A stretch of DNA of 64,000 nucleotides, taken from a virus. Taxonomy: Duplodnaviria > Caudoviricetes. Both the position numbers and the translations under genes were made by a program. The notes below the pieces were generated by a model, which saw nothing but the letters and a program-made list of their open reading frames with translations, made no database searches and had not been told where the DNA came from. The stretch covers positions 30,978-94,977 of IMG/VR virus record IMGVR_UViG_3300032295_001098; one strand, written 5' to 3'. Below, piece by piece: positions 1 through 8,762 of this stretch (position 1 is the first letter of the stretch; the number at the start of each line of letters is the position of its first letter).

Positions 1-2
1 TC

Positions 3-68
3 AACGGCAAGACCGATGAGTTTGACCGTCAGGTGCTTCGCATCATGAATGATGTGGTACTCGTATGA
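3..68 (+). CDS. 3' end of an upstream gene (..NGKTDEFDRQVLRIMNDVVLV*), truncated by the window edge
   Basis: Open frame ends in TGA overlapping the whiB ATG (ATGA coupling). Confidence 0.55.
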   Translation, partial: NGKTDEFDRQVLRIMNDVVLV

Positions 69-457
69 CCGAAGCGCTGGTGGGGGAGCAATCCCCCACC
101 TATGCTCGGGACACCGAATACACAGCCTTACCATTCCCCGAAGTGATGGCGGAATGGAGATCGCAAGCCAAGTGCAAAGATGAAGACGGATCACTGTGGT
201 TTGCCAGCAAGCCGAAAGGCATTAACAACTCATCCATCAAAGGAAGAATTGTTAACAGCCGTAGGAAGCGGGCACAGCGTATTTGTAAAGTGTGTCCTGT
301 TCAGTATGAATGCCTGCGCTACGCCGTCTTGAATGACTTCAGGGATGGCATATGGGCTGGTTATGAAATGGATGACCTCACACATACAGACCGTCAAGTA
401 CTTCGTCAGCGTATTAAACGAGCAGAACGAAAGTTAAATAAGACTGTCAACAAGTGA
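65..457 (+). CDS. whiB: WhiB-family Fe-S transcription factor
   Basis: W..QAKC...LWF...AQRICKVCPVQYECL..GIWAG: four Cys plus G[IV]WxG turn, basic C-terminus. Confidence 0.9.
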   Translation: MTEALVGEQSPTYARDTEYTALPFPEVMAEWRSQAKCKDEDGSLWFASKPKGINNSSIKGRIVNSRRKRAQRICKVCPVQYECLRYAVLNDFRDGIWAGYEMDDLTHTDRQVLRQRIKRAERKLNKTVNK

Positions 458-1507
458 ACTGAGGCGGTGTGCTCCGAGGCTGATGTCTCGTGAGCGCACC
501 GCTTCTAGTAAAGCCTCTCCCTCGTCTGCTCGCCTGACTGGATCCCGAAGATCCTTCAGATGTTTGAGCCACTGCGATGGTTTACTCGCAGTACGACCAA
601 TCCCCCAACTCTTACGCAAGCCCTCATACGCTGATAGCGATGAACCAATCCATGGAATGCCCGAGGCTGAGTACTCCAGCAACTTGATGTCGCTCTTGGC
701 ATGGTTGAATGGTGTGTCACGCAATGGTGCGATGCCCACGTCCATGGTCAAAAGAGATGGGTAATCCCTAGCGTCTACAGCGTCTAAAACACTTACTTGA
801 TCTTCGTGAAGTCCAAGTTTGCTGGCAACAGATACTGCATGTGAATAGTGACCACTGTGTTGAAACTTAATATCGTTATTAGCAAGCAAAGGGTTGATAA
901 CCCCCTTCATGATCTCTAAGTCACTGGAGCGATGGCTCGTGGCTCCCACCCACCCAACTACAGGAACAGAACTATCGGTGTGCACATGCGGAGTAAATCG
1001 TGCGATGTCTACGGTGTTTTCCAGCACGATGATCGGACAATGCACAAAGGACTTAATGCGATCAGCGAGGTACTGCGTAGACACTGTGACCATATTGCTG
1101 GAAGCAATCACCTTCTTGTAATGGTCTCGGTTCTCTCTTGGGTTTGTCTTTGGGTGCGATGAACTGAATGCGTCATTGGCTGGGTCAAGACCCCAGTACC
1201 AATCGTCTAGGTCATTCACTACTATCTGACCAACGGAACGAGCCTTATAGATGTGATCGGCAAGCGAATCGTGCATGAGGCGTTGCATGATAATCATGTC
1301 AACTTCCTGTAGTTCTTCGTACTGGTCACGAATGAGGAAGCGATTGTCCTTCCATGTCAGCACGCCTGTAAACACTTCTTTCTCCAAGTGCTCTAACCAT
1401 TCAACGTACTGACCAAAGCGTGCCCATCCCGAGCCACCCCAATGCTCTAATCCATCTTTGGATTTCAATGCTGGCAGGTAGTCTCCGCTAGCAAACCCAA
1501 CCCTCAC
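434..1507 (-). CDS. GT-B (GT4-like) glycosyltransferase
   Basis: VNDLDD, VTVSTQYLAD, VGWVGATSH, DVGIAPLRDTPFNHAKSDIKLLEYSASGIPWIGS. Confidence 0.85.
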   Translation of the reverse strand: MRVGFASGDYLPALKSKDGLEHWGGSGWARFGQYVEWLEHLEKEVFTGVLTWKDNRFLIRDQYEELQEVDMIIMQRLMHDSLADHIYKARSVGQIVVNDLDDWYWGLDPANDAFSSSHPKTNPRENRDHYKKVIASSNMVTVSTQYLADRIKSFVHCPIIVLENTVDIARFTPHVHTDSSVPVVGWVGATSHRSSDLEIMKGVINPLLANNDIKFQHSGHYSHAVSVASKLGLHEDQVSVLDAVDARDYPSLLTMDVGIAPLRDTPFNHAKSDIKLLEYSASGIPWIGSSLSAYEGLRKSWGIGRTASKPSQWLKHLKDLRDPVRRADEGEALLEAVRSRDISLGAHRLSSLVDSLI

Positions 1508-1641
1508 TTCTTCTCCACCATTTCAATAGTGATACTGCTGTGTTTGTCAGGGTTAGTGCATGTTGGTGGTACCGATGGCTTGACATACACGGTGAGCACC
1601 TTCCCACATTGTGGGCATTCGTAGTGTCGCTTGTCGCTCAT
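1504..1641 (-). CDS. 45-aa zinc-ribbon protein (not in ORF track)
   Basis: MSDKRHYECPQCGKVLTVYVKPSVPPTCTNPDKH...; ATGA/GTGA overlaps with both neighbours. Confidence 0.7.
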   Translation of the reverse strand: MSDKRHYECPQCGKVLTVYVKPSVPPTCTNPDKHSSITIEMVEKK

Positions 1642-1847
1642 TGTTGTGCCACCTTCCATGGACGCCACTCAGCAAGGAATGCCTGAATGTCACGCTTATC
1701 CCAAATTGGTGTTGATGCCAAGTTTGCGATTGGTTGTGGAAACTTCTTCTGCTTACGCAGTGCATGGATGCGCTGTTTGGTTACTCCAAGAATTACAGCG
1801 ATCTCGCTAGTGCCTGCTAAGTGTTCGGGTTGTAGTTGGTTTGTCAT
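1638..1847 (-). CDS. Small HTH DNA-binding protein (AlpA/excisionase-like)
   Basis: LAGTSEIAVILGVTKQRIHAL...FPQPIANLASTPIW; TAGGAT 6 nt upstream of ATG. Confidence 0.8.
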   Translation of the reverse strand: MTNQLQPEHLAGTSEIAVILGVTKQRIHALRKQKKFPQPIANLASTPIWDKRDIQAFLAEWRPWKVAQQ

Positions 1848-1879
1848 GTTTACATCCTACCTTGTTGTGTACGTTGTTG

Positions 1880-2377
1880 CTACAACCTCCAGTGACCAAG
1901 TCCTCCGTTGTCATACAGATACTTCGCTACCGACAAGTTGCAATCCACATTGAATAATCCTTTTATTTCTGTCCCGCAGATGTTCCTCGTGACCGTTTTC
2001 CATGAGGAATTAATCTGTACGAGTCCAAGGTCTTGTGAGCCGTTTTTGTTTAGAGTGCGGTTCCAAGCATTTACGTTGCACCGACTTTCTCTGTACGAGA
2101 TGTACGAGAATGCAACTACTGGCAAGCCATACTCACGGAACTTGGCTTCCCATTGTGGGCATCTCTTTGTCTTATCTTTCGGTATTCCTTTAGGCACTGC
2201 CATGGCTTCGGGTGCCAATTCCTTTGCATTTACTACCTCAAGTGATACCGATTGCACTAGAGGGGTTAACTGAACTGTTGTTACTTCGGGCGTTGGTGAT
2301 TGTGAGGAGATCCCAAGTACCAATGTCATTATTGAGTACAGGACTGTCCCCGCTACTACTAGCGTGCGATCTAACAA
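1880..2377 (-). CDS. Secreted or membrane-anchored lytic transglycosylase (SLT/lysozyme-like)
   Basis: N-terminal hydrophobic segment; ISYRESRC...N..GSQDLGLVQIN...NLSVAKYLY..GGLGHW. Confidence 0.8.
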   Translation of the reverse strand: MLDRTLVVAGTVLYSIMTLVLGISSQSPTPEVTTVQLTPLVQSVSLEVVNAKELAPEAMAVPKGIPKDKTKRCPQWEAKFREYGLPVVAFSYISYRESRCNVNAWNRTLNKNGSQDLGLVQINSSWKTVTRNICGTEIKGLFNVDCNLSVAKYLYDNGGLGHWRL

Positions 2378-2408
2378 TATTCTTCTCCTTGATAGGCGGA
2401 TAAAGCAA

Positions 2409-2446
2409 AACGCCCACAGGATTCTGTGAAGAACTCTATGGGCGTT
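2409..2446 (-). terminator. Stem-loop followed by U-tract (terminator or 5'-leader attenuator)
   Basis: Minus strand AACGCCCATAG..CTGTGGGCGTT then TTGCTTT; TAAACT -10 box just upstream (2455-2460). Confidence 0.6.
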
Positions 2447-2466
2447 ACCCTTCTAGTTTACAGGTG

Positions 2467-2883
2467 TTAAGGCTGAATCAACCTAAACTTAAGCATCTCT
2501 AAATCAATCTCTTTGTCACCCATCTTGGGAATCTCTTCAATATTTATTTTATTAATCTCTGCTGACTCTGCTTCCGCACACTCATTACAGCGACAACCTT
2601 GTCTGTAACGCACCCATGTGCCATGTTGACGCATGATGCTTGCTTTAGGATGCTCTACAGTGAGCGCTGTTCGTTCTTGTGGTGTGAGACCGCCCCACAT
2701 TCCCCACTTCTCTTCCACTCCATCGTCTAAACATTCTTTCCACACAGGACATTGACGACATACTGCTTTAGAAATTATGTAGTAATTATCTGGTACGTCA
2801 GTGTCTAATGGCGGATACCAAAGGTCAATGGCTCGGTCTTTGCAAAGGGCATCAACACGCCAGTCCTCTGCGAACTGTGGCAA
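2467..2883 (-). CDS. whiB: WhiB-family transcription factor with C-terminal HGT..Y..GCRC..C extension
   Basis: WRVDALC..LWYP...KAVCRQCPVWKECL..WGMWGGLTPQER. Confidence 0.9.
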   Translation of the reverse strand: MPQFAEDWRVDALCKDRAIDLWYPPLDTDVPDNYYIISKAVCRQCPVWKECLDDGVEEKWGMWGGLTPQERTALTVEHPKASIMRQHGTWVRYRQGCRCNECAEAESAEINKINIEEIPKMGDKEIDLEMLKFRLIQP

Positions 2884-3351
2884 TTAAAACTCTTCCGTTG
2901 GAACTTCATCGTGGATGCGCTTGTCACGAATCGGACGAATGGTGTTTTCAATAGCGGTGTATATCGCTGTACTCATGCGCTCTACTTGCTCATTCATCTT
3001 TTCAATCTGTCCGAGAAGGGCAACAACCTCACCTGACAGGCGTTTGTTTTCTACAGCCAATTGAAGGATGTTGTCCCAGTTATCTAGCAAAATCTCTGCC
3101 ATGGACAACTCAGCCTGAGCCGAGAACTCTTCCAATGTAGGTGTTGTTTCTTGCTTTACAATCTGTGGAATCATGCTGAGGGCATAAGACATGCGCTTGC
3201 GCTCACGCTCTAACTCCTGTTGCATCGTCCAATGGTTTGGCTCACTGGGGTTGTATATGTAGCGTGGGTCTTTATTTGACATCCACTCATTGTAATAGTC
3301 GTGGTTGTTGTACATCATTGAAGACCCTCTTCCTGCACTTCGCAATCCCAA
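2884..3351 (-). CDS. Hypothetical coiled-coil protein (start probably ~3318)
   Basis: Co-oriented ORF with heptad-like C-terminal half. Confidence 0.6.
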   Translation of the reverse strand: MGLRSAGRGSSMMYNNHDYYNEWMSNKDPRYIYNPSEPNHWTMQQELERERKRMSYALSMIPQIVKQETTPTLEEFSAQAELSMAEILLDNWDNILQLAVENKRLSGEVVALLGQIEKMNEQVERMSTAIYTAIENTIRPIRDKRIHDEVPTEEF

Positions 3352-3689
3352 CCGCAGGCGCCATAACCAATAGCGTCAGTCCAGTGGTCACGCTTTTCAG
3401 GAGTCCATGAGAGTCGGGCGATCTTGAGAAGCATCATCATGACAGCCACGTCATGTGGTTTGATCTGCACTTCTTGACGGCGGTCAATAATGCGCCGAAG
3501 GTAAGTGCTCCACAAGTCTCCTGTGGTGGCAAAGTCATCAATTGGATCGCCGTAGTCGGCGTCTCGGACACCATTTACTAGGTGATCGGCTTCCGCCAAG
3601 ATGTTGGTACGGTTGGTGGGATTACTAGTCATGGTGCACCTCGCTGTTGGGTTGCGGGAATTATAGAGGTGCGTGAGCGGTTCTGTCAA
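3315..3689 (-). CDS. DUF6378-like phage protein (alpha-helical NTP-pyrophosphatase-related)
   Basis: ILAEADHLVNG.RDADYGDP..DF...W..YL...HDVAVMMMLLKIAR...DHWTDAIGY. Confidence 0.75.
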   Translation of the reverse strand: MTEPLTHLYNSRNPTARCTMTSNPTNRTNILAEADHLVNGVRDADYGDPIDDFATTGDLWSTYLRRIIDRRQEVQIKPHDVAVMMMLLKIARLSWTPEKRDHWTDAIGYGACGWDCEVQEEGLQ

Positions 3690-5122
3690 TTATCTTCGGA
3701 TAGATCCAAGATATCTGAGTACATGGAATTGGTCGCATTTGGTCCCATTCCGCCACCTTCTAGCATGCGATTGGATTCTCCAGCCTTGGCTCCAAATAAT
3801 CTAGATAAAACTCCGCTGGATCCTCGTGCTTCCATCTCTAAACGGATGGTGTCACGGGTGTCTGAGATGTTCTTGAAGCGGTCAATCAAGTTGAACAAGC
3901 GATCCATTTCGTTGGACAACGCTGGGTCAAGACCTTGACCTTCTAGTTCTTCAGCAAAGCGAGCGAACATCACACGACCTACTTGCATCTCTAACAGGGC
4001 ACGCATCGCCGCCTGTAATTGATCCTTTGTGCGGATCTCAATCGGCAAGTTAAATGCACATTCTGTGTTTTCTTTAAATGAAGGACATCTACTGCTCAAA
4101 TAGCAATTATTGCATTGGCGTAAAGGGTTCGCATTGTAACGAATTACGTTCACTTTTTCAGGGTCAATTTCTATTGATTCCCCTTGATTATCAACGGTTT
4201 GCGAGCCAAAGGAGGTGATTGTTTCCATACCCATTACTGGTAGCAATACACGGTCACTCTCGTGCCGCTTGTTTGGTACGTTGATAGCAATAGATGACCC
4301 CCCTGAAACCGCTAAAGTGGGGGTATGTGGTTTAGGGTCAATAGCAATTATTGACCCATCTTCAGTACTACTGATCTCTTGCTCGTCATCGTCATTCATA
4401 GGGTCATAGCCCCCAAAAGTATGGGTCTCCCACTGGCGCCATGAAGCGATAGCGAGGGTACCGATTGCGGATACGTTGTCATCCATTACAGCATCAAAGT
4501 CAATACCGAGTCGGATGATGTCCGCTCGGTGCTTCTTTCGTGAAGACTCTTTCTGTTGTGCTGGGTATCGGCGCAAGCCGTGACCGTCCCACACCTGTGT
4601 CTCGCCGTAACGGATAGCGCTCGTCCATGATCCCACGATTACGGTGTCCCATGGGATGCGCTCAATCAGATCGGGCTTAGATGTAATGCCGACTAACTTG
4701 GCACTCCAGCGCTGTTGTATGGACGCTATGCGCCCCACATTGCGTCCTGTGACCGCCTTGTCGCTGATCGCAGCACGACCGTACTTCTGGCACAGCCATG
4801 TCAGGCGCTCCAGATCTTGCTCGTCATTCCATAGCGGGTAGTACTTATCACCCAGCCATGTCCCGTCATACTCAGGACGACCAATTACAATATGTATATT
4901 ATCTGCGTGATCCCGTACGAACTGGTCAAATCGGCTTGTGTCCTCATCGTTCTCGGATGTGTACACAATGACCTCGCCACCTCCGAAGAGCACGCTGAGG
5001 TCTAGTTCTTTCTTCTTGGGGATCGGAAAGTGGGTCAGGTTGATGGCATGACGCTCTACCCCAGCGTCAATGAGCATCTTCCGATACGTCCCCTTTTCCG
5101 CTCCGCCAAAGAAGACTTTCAT
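3686..5122 (-). CDS. Degenerate TGT/DpdA-like TIM-barrel domain plus C-terminal Cys4 and helical domain
   Basis: MKVFFGG start; YYPLW; PWDTVIVGSWTSAIRYG resembles the TGT-like 'SxDSTSW..G' motif; CNNC...C...C; acidic linker. Confidence 0.4.
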   Translation of the reverse strand: MKVFFGGAEKGTYRKMLIDAGVERHAINLTHFPIPKKKELDLSVLFGGGEVIVYTSENDEDTSRFDQFVRDHADNIHIVIGRPEYDGTWLGDKYYPLWNDEQDLERLTWLCQKYGRAAISDKAVTGRNVGRIASIQQRWSAKLVGITSKPDLIERIPWDTVIVGSWTSAIRYGETQVWDGHGLRRYPAQQKESSRKKHRADIIRLGIDFDAVMDDNVSAIGTLAIASWRQWETHTFGGYDPMNDDDEQEISSTEDGSIIAIDPKPHTPTLAVSGGSSIAINVPNKRHESDRVLLPVMGMETITSFGSQTVDNQGESIEIDPEKVNVIRYNANPLRQCNNCYLSSRCPSFKENTECAFNLPIEIRTKDQLQAAMRALLEMQVGRVMFARFAEELEGQGLDPALSNEMDRLFNLIDRFKNISDTRDTIRLEMEARGSSGVLSRLFGAKAGESNRMLEGGGMGPNATNSMYSDILDLSEDN

Positions 5123-5400
5123 TCGTTTGAAGGAAGTTCTTCCCAGCCAGCCTTACGCCATACTGACGGGCTGTGGTTCTGCTCTACGAGCATCGCCTCA
5201 AGATCGTCTACATAAAGACGCAAGATATGAATGCAAGGGTCATCGCCCTCGTCCCATGCGCTGTCTTCGTCCTCGGTGGATGGTAACCCATCATGTGTTG
5301 AACACACAGGAGGACCGACCCACTTATTCTCTAATCCCATTTTAAGCCATGAGTCAAAATCCAATTTAGACATCGCCCCAATTCCTTTCCGCTCTTGCAA
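5119..5400 (-). CDS. Conserved-looking phage hypothetical protein (start probably 5373)
   Basis: FDSWLKMG..NKWVGPPVCSTHDGLP...GDDPCIHILRL. Confidence 0.65.
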   Translation of the reverse strand: MQERKGIGAMSKLDFDSWLKMGLENKWVGPPVCSTHDGLPSTEDEDSAWDEGDDPCIHILRLYVDDLEAMLVEQNHSPSVWRKAGWEELPSNE

Positions 5401-5848
5401 GAGCCTGCTTCTCAGTTTCTTCTACAATCTCGCCCCACTCTTTCTTAAAGCGGGACTCAGACCATTCAGGTCTAACGGTGTGTGGCACCGTCATTAGCAG
5501 TGTAGGGATTCCGTTATGGGCTACACGGGCTATGACATTTGGGTCAACGTCAATGTACCAGTTGATGCGTCCATAAACAGCGTGCAGATTACTAATTCTT
5601 GCAACCTTGGCTTCAACAGTGTTTTCAGGAATAAAATCAACCGTTGATGCTTTAAAGTTTTCACGCTTCAACCAACTAAGCAAACCCTCTTGGTTTTCTA
5701 CGCCATGAGCAAACACCACCATTCGTCCGCTGTATGCAGGGAACAATGTGTTCCATAGTTTCCGACCCTCAGGTGTTGGTTGCCTTGCTCCGACATCATC
5801 ACTTACTGGGCTAGGTACCGAAAGGACATCTAGCGACAGGATAATCAT
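5366..5848 (-). CDS. HAD-like fold protein (degenerate)
   Basis: IILSLDVL motif-I-like; WYIDVDP motif-IV-like; GIPTLL. Confidence 0.45.
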   Translation of the reverse strand: MIILSLDVLSVPSPVSDDVGARQPTPEGRKLWNTLFPAYSGRMVVFAHGVENQEGLLSWLKRENFKASTVDFIPENTVEAKVARISNLHAVYGRINWYIDVDPNVIARVAHNGIPTLLMTVPHTVRPEWSESRFKKEWGEIVEETEKQALARAERNWGDV

Positions 5849-6312
5849 CAGTCGTAGAGACCCAACTCAATTCGTTGACGGTGCGTGTAGTACTCGGCGG
5901 CTGGGCAGTACATGCAAAGATACTGGCGCTTATCTTTAGGGACACCAACCTTGCGACCGACTGTCTTGTCGTCTGCACACCAGTCAAGACAACCTTGCTT
6001 AGGACGGTTATGTCGGTTAAAGCACTTGAGTGCATCTACCTTTAACTCGTCACGAGTGTCACGGATGTAGACGTCATTCTTTTCTAGTTCACTCTTGACG
6101 GCTGTCTCGGTGTCTAGTTTCTTGGCGGTCTCTTCATCTGTGCGGAAGATAATGGCGTTGCAGTCTTGTGGGTTTGGAACCTGTGCGTTGTGACGGTCAC
6201 AGAGTTCACGCAACTCTTGGTCATACTCCGCAGGTCCGTCATACGGCTTCATCTTGTACATGACACCGTGTGTTTTGCATACCAAAAGACGATGCGCTTG
6301 ATCATTGGACAT
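5848..6312 (-). CDS. Cys/His-rich hypothetical protein
   Basis: CKTH, CFNRHNRP..GC..W, YLCMYCP; SD AGGAG. Confidence 0.7.
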   Translation of the reverse strand: MSNDQAHRLLVCKTHGVMYKMKPYDGPAEYDQELRELCDRHNAQVPNPQDCNAIIFRTDEETAKKLDTETAVKSELEKNDVYIRDTRDELKVDALKCFNRHNRPKQGCLDWCADDKTVGRKVGVPKDKRQYLCMYCPAAEYYTHRQRIELGLYD

Positions 6313-6353
6313 GTTGTGCTCCTAACTTCGGTCTAGCCGAAGCCTACTATAAA

Positions 6354-6539
6354 TTATTCCGTGTCTGTTCTGCCGTACAAAGGTTGCATAGTCAACAAGC
6401 CATCATTGCATGATTTACACAAATGGGCTGTGAGATGCTCAGGGCTTTCTTGCTCTGTATCGCAGTGGACACAGGTGCGCTTATAGTCCTTCTTGTTGAC
6501 CGAAGGGTTGCCTCTAAACGCCCGATAGTCGGGACGCAT
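6354..6539 (-). CDS. Small zinc-finger protein
   Basis: CVHC...HLCKSC. Confidence 0.6.
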   Translation of the reverse strand: MRPDYRAFRGNPSVNKKDYKRTCVHCDTEQESPEHLTAHLCKSCNDGLLTMQPLYGRTDTE

Positions 6540-6540
6540 G

Positions 6541-6744
6541 TTATTGGTGCAGGTGTGCTTCGGGAGCGTTAGCCAAAGGGGTGCGCTCTACTATGCCGTA
6601 TTGTGCTTGGAGTTCCATAGCACGCACTGAAGCGTCAGTTGGATCAAGGTCACCACCACGGTCTGGTGTGGTGCTCTTAAACTTACCGTCCTTGGCGCCG
6701 AGGCGAAGGTCGTTGTTCATTGAGCGGGTTTCGTTTACAGCCAT
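6541..6744 (-). CDS. Small hypothetical protein (likely leaderless mRNA)
   Basis: TAGGAT 7 nt upstream of ATG; fills the gap between neighbours. Confidence 0.65.
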   Translation of the reverse strand: MAVNETRSMNNDLRLGAKDGKFKSTTPDRGGDLDPTDASVRAMELQAQYGIVERTPLANAPEAHLHQ

Positions 6745-6763
6745 AGTATTAATCCTATCATTT

Positions 6764-7459
6764 TTATTTAAGAAAATCTGGGGTGTTTTGTTCGTTTAGT
6801 GATTGACGAATCCTGTTAATAGCCTCTGTGCCCATTGTCCTACGTTGTGAACGGGTCTTTGCTGGAGTCTTAGACGTTGCTGTAGGTGTTGGTTGACGTG
6901 CTGCTTTCATCTGAGCCACTCCAGCAACAGCACTTTGTTGCAGTGGAGTCAATGGTGGGCGGGCAGGTGCAGGAGTTCCTGGTGCTGGGAATGCTTGGTT
7001 CTGCGATGGAGTTCCAAATGGCTGTACTCCTGGCGCTGGTGGTGGCATTGCTTTACTAGGCAATGCTGGTGCAGGGGACTTTTGAAAAGCGGCTTGATAT
7101 TGTGCTCGGTTAGCAAGTCCTACATACTGACTATAAAAGTTCTGACCAGCCTGTTGACTCTGTTGAGCCTTCTGTGCTTGTGCTTGACGGTTCAGGTTTC
7201 GGTTAACAAACCCTTGTCCAATTGCATTAACAGCATCGGCAGTAGCGCCTGGTTTGGTGCGGGTGTCACGAATTTCTCCACCACGCCACGCCTGTTGTAC
7301 GCCAGCATTTGGTGCTTGATACTTGTTTTGCGAAGTACGATTACCCTGCTTAAATTCGCCCTGCATCCATGATGGTGTGCGGTTTAGGTAACTCGCATTC
7401 ATTGACTGCCAGCGAGAGGTGCTTAAGTTACCAATGTAGTCACTGTCATTGTCAGCCAT
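6764..7459 (-). CDS. Low-complexity Gln/Pro/Ala-rich hypothetical protein
   Basis: QAQAQKAQQSQQ and PAPALPSKAMPPPAPG tracts. Confidence 0.7.
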   Translation of the reverse strand: MADNDSDYIGNLSTSRWQSMNASYLNRTPSWMQGEFKQGNRTSQNKYQAPNAGVQQAWRGGEIRDTRTKPGATADAVNAIGQGFVNRNLNRQAQAQKAQQSQQAGQNFYSQYVGLANRAQYQAAFQKSPAPALPSKAMPPPAPGVQPFGTPSQNQAFPAPGTPAPARPPLTPLQQSAVAGVAQMKAARQPTPTATSKTPAKTRSQRRTMGTEAINRIRQSLNEQNTPDFLK

Positions 7460-7461
7460 AG

Positions 7462-7779
7462 TTACATCCCCAAACTTTGCATTGAATAGCGACTAGAACC
7501 TGAGAAGTTGTCTTCCATGAATGTACCATCACGGAACATTACAGGAGCGCCAGAAACCCATGAACGGTTTGAAGCCGCATAACGGTCAATGTTCAGTACA
7601 TCCATGATGCCCATTGTTTGTTTTTCAAAACCACGGTTCTGCGGGAACACTTGCTGTGGGTACACAGGGCGAATCTTGCGAATGGTGTCTGGATCAGATA
7701 TGGCGTTCTGCAATGCCATGTCAACGAGCATCTCGGTGTGAGACTGCCACGGGCGTGAAGGTGGGACTTGTTGAGCCAT
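7462..7779 (-). CDS. Hypothetical protein
   Basis: Tightly packed co-oriented ORF. Confidence 0.65.
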   Translation of the reverse strand: MAQQVPPSRPWQSHTEMLVDMALQNAISDPDTIRKIRPVYPQQVFPQNRGFEKQTMGIMDVLNIDRYAASNRSWVSGAPVMFRDGTFMEDNFSGSSRYSMQSLGM

Positions 7780-8102
7780 TATTTAATCGGTTTTCCTCTG
7801 AAGGATGGATTGTTGTTTTCGTCCCATGAGAACATTGGCTTCTTGGCAACTTGTCCAGTGCCACCCTTGGCTTTGTCAATCAAGTTGCGTGGAGCAAGGT
7901 CAGAGATGCGTGCTACTTGACCTGTGTACTCAGGTGTATTTGGGTCATCCAAGTCTGGGTTTGCTGGACCGCCAACAATGGCGTCCTTGATGCGACTAAC
8001 GCCCTTTTTCATGCCACCAGAGGCAGGGTGGTTGCGCATCTTGTATGCATTCATGTCAACAATGCGTGCACCGTTGCGTGATTCGTCATTACCTTTTGCC
8101 AT
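7779..8102 (-). CDS. Hypothetical basic Gly/Pro-rich protein
   Basis: TAATG coupling to the next gene. Confidence 0.65.
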   Translation of the reverse strand: MAKGNDESRNGARIVDMNAYKMRNHPASGGMKKGVSRIKDAIVGGPANPDLDDPNTPEYTGQVARISDLAPRNLIDKAKGGTGQVAKKPMFSWDENNNPSFRGKPIK

Positions 8103-8104
8103 GG

Positions 8105-8596
8105 TTATTTCCAGTTCGGTGCTAGGGATTTGAGTTGAGAACGGCGTTGAAGGCTGATTTCTGTAGCCTCGTCACGCTTTTGGTCTCGTGAAATACCACG
8201 AGGACCGACCTTGCCATCATTAGTAAGACGCACAGGCTCTGCACCAGTTGGCGCAAACTTCAAACCTTGTGCTTGATACTGAAGAGCAGTATAAAGGTTG
8301 AACTCATCGGGCCAAATGTAATCGCCCGCATTAATCCGTTCACCTTTATGCACACCACGTGAGTACTGGCGAGCATTCATTCGGCTGAGTGAGCCGAGGA
8401 TCTTGTCTTGACGGCGGTTAGCCGACATGGTGCCAAGGTATCCGTCTGGATACTGGGTGTCAGCGCCTGTCTGGTAACCAGATAGCGCTAAGTCTTTGGC
8501 GTTGCGGAATACTGGGCTAGGACCAAAGTCGGACTGCGTGCCTACACCGTTTTGCGCCGCTGGAGTCATCCATGATGTAAAAGTGTTTTTGCTCAT
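8105..8596 (-). CDS. Hypothetical phage protein
   Basis: YPDGYLGT..RRQDK...YSRGVHKGERI...Y.WP looks like a conserved core. Confidence 0.7.
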   Translation of the reverse strand: MSKNTFTSWMTPAAQNGVGTQSDFGPSPVFRNAKDLALSGYQTGADTQYPDGYLGTMSANRRQDKILGSLSRMNARQYSRGVHKGERINAGDYIWPDEFNLYTALQYQAQGLKFAPTGAEPVRLTNDGKVGPRGISRDQKRDEATEISLQRRSQLKSLAPNWK

Positions 8597-8760
8597 ATGC
8601 CCGTTTGACCTTGTCCGCTCGGACTGAGCAGACCACCCATTATACCGCCACCTAGAGGTGAGATTGGGCGTATTGCATAGCGGGCACCGCCACGCTCACC
8701 AGTCATAGATGCAGGAGTCCTACCAATAGTAGGTTTGCGAGGCTTCTTTTTGGAAGCCAT
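8593..8760 (-). CDS. 55-aa basic Gly-rich protein (not in ORF track)
   Basis: MASKKKPRKPTIGRTPASMTGERGGARYAIRPISPLGGGIMGGLLSPSGQGQTGI*; ATGA overlap with the next gene. Confidence 0.6.
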   Translation of the reverse strand: MASKKKPRKPTIGRTPASMTGERGGARYAIRPISPLGGGIMGGLLSPSGQGQTGI

Positions 8761-8762
8761 AA

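Noticed and set aside
1638-1847. Excisionase-like HTH as proof of a temperate lifestyle or prophage
   Set aside because: No integrase, repressor, att site or host flank is visible in the window, so lifestyle cannot be determined
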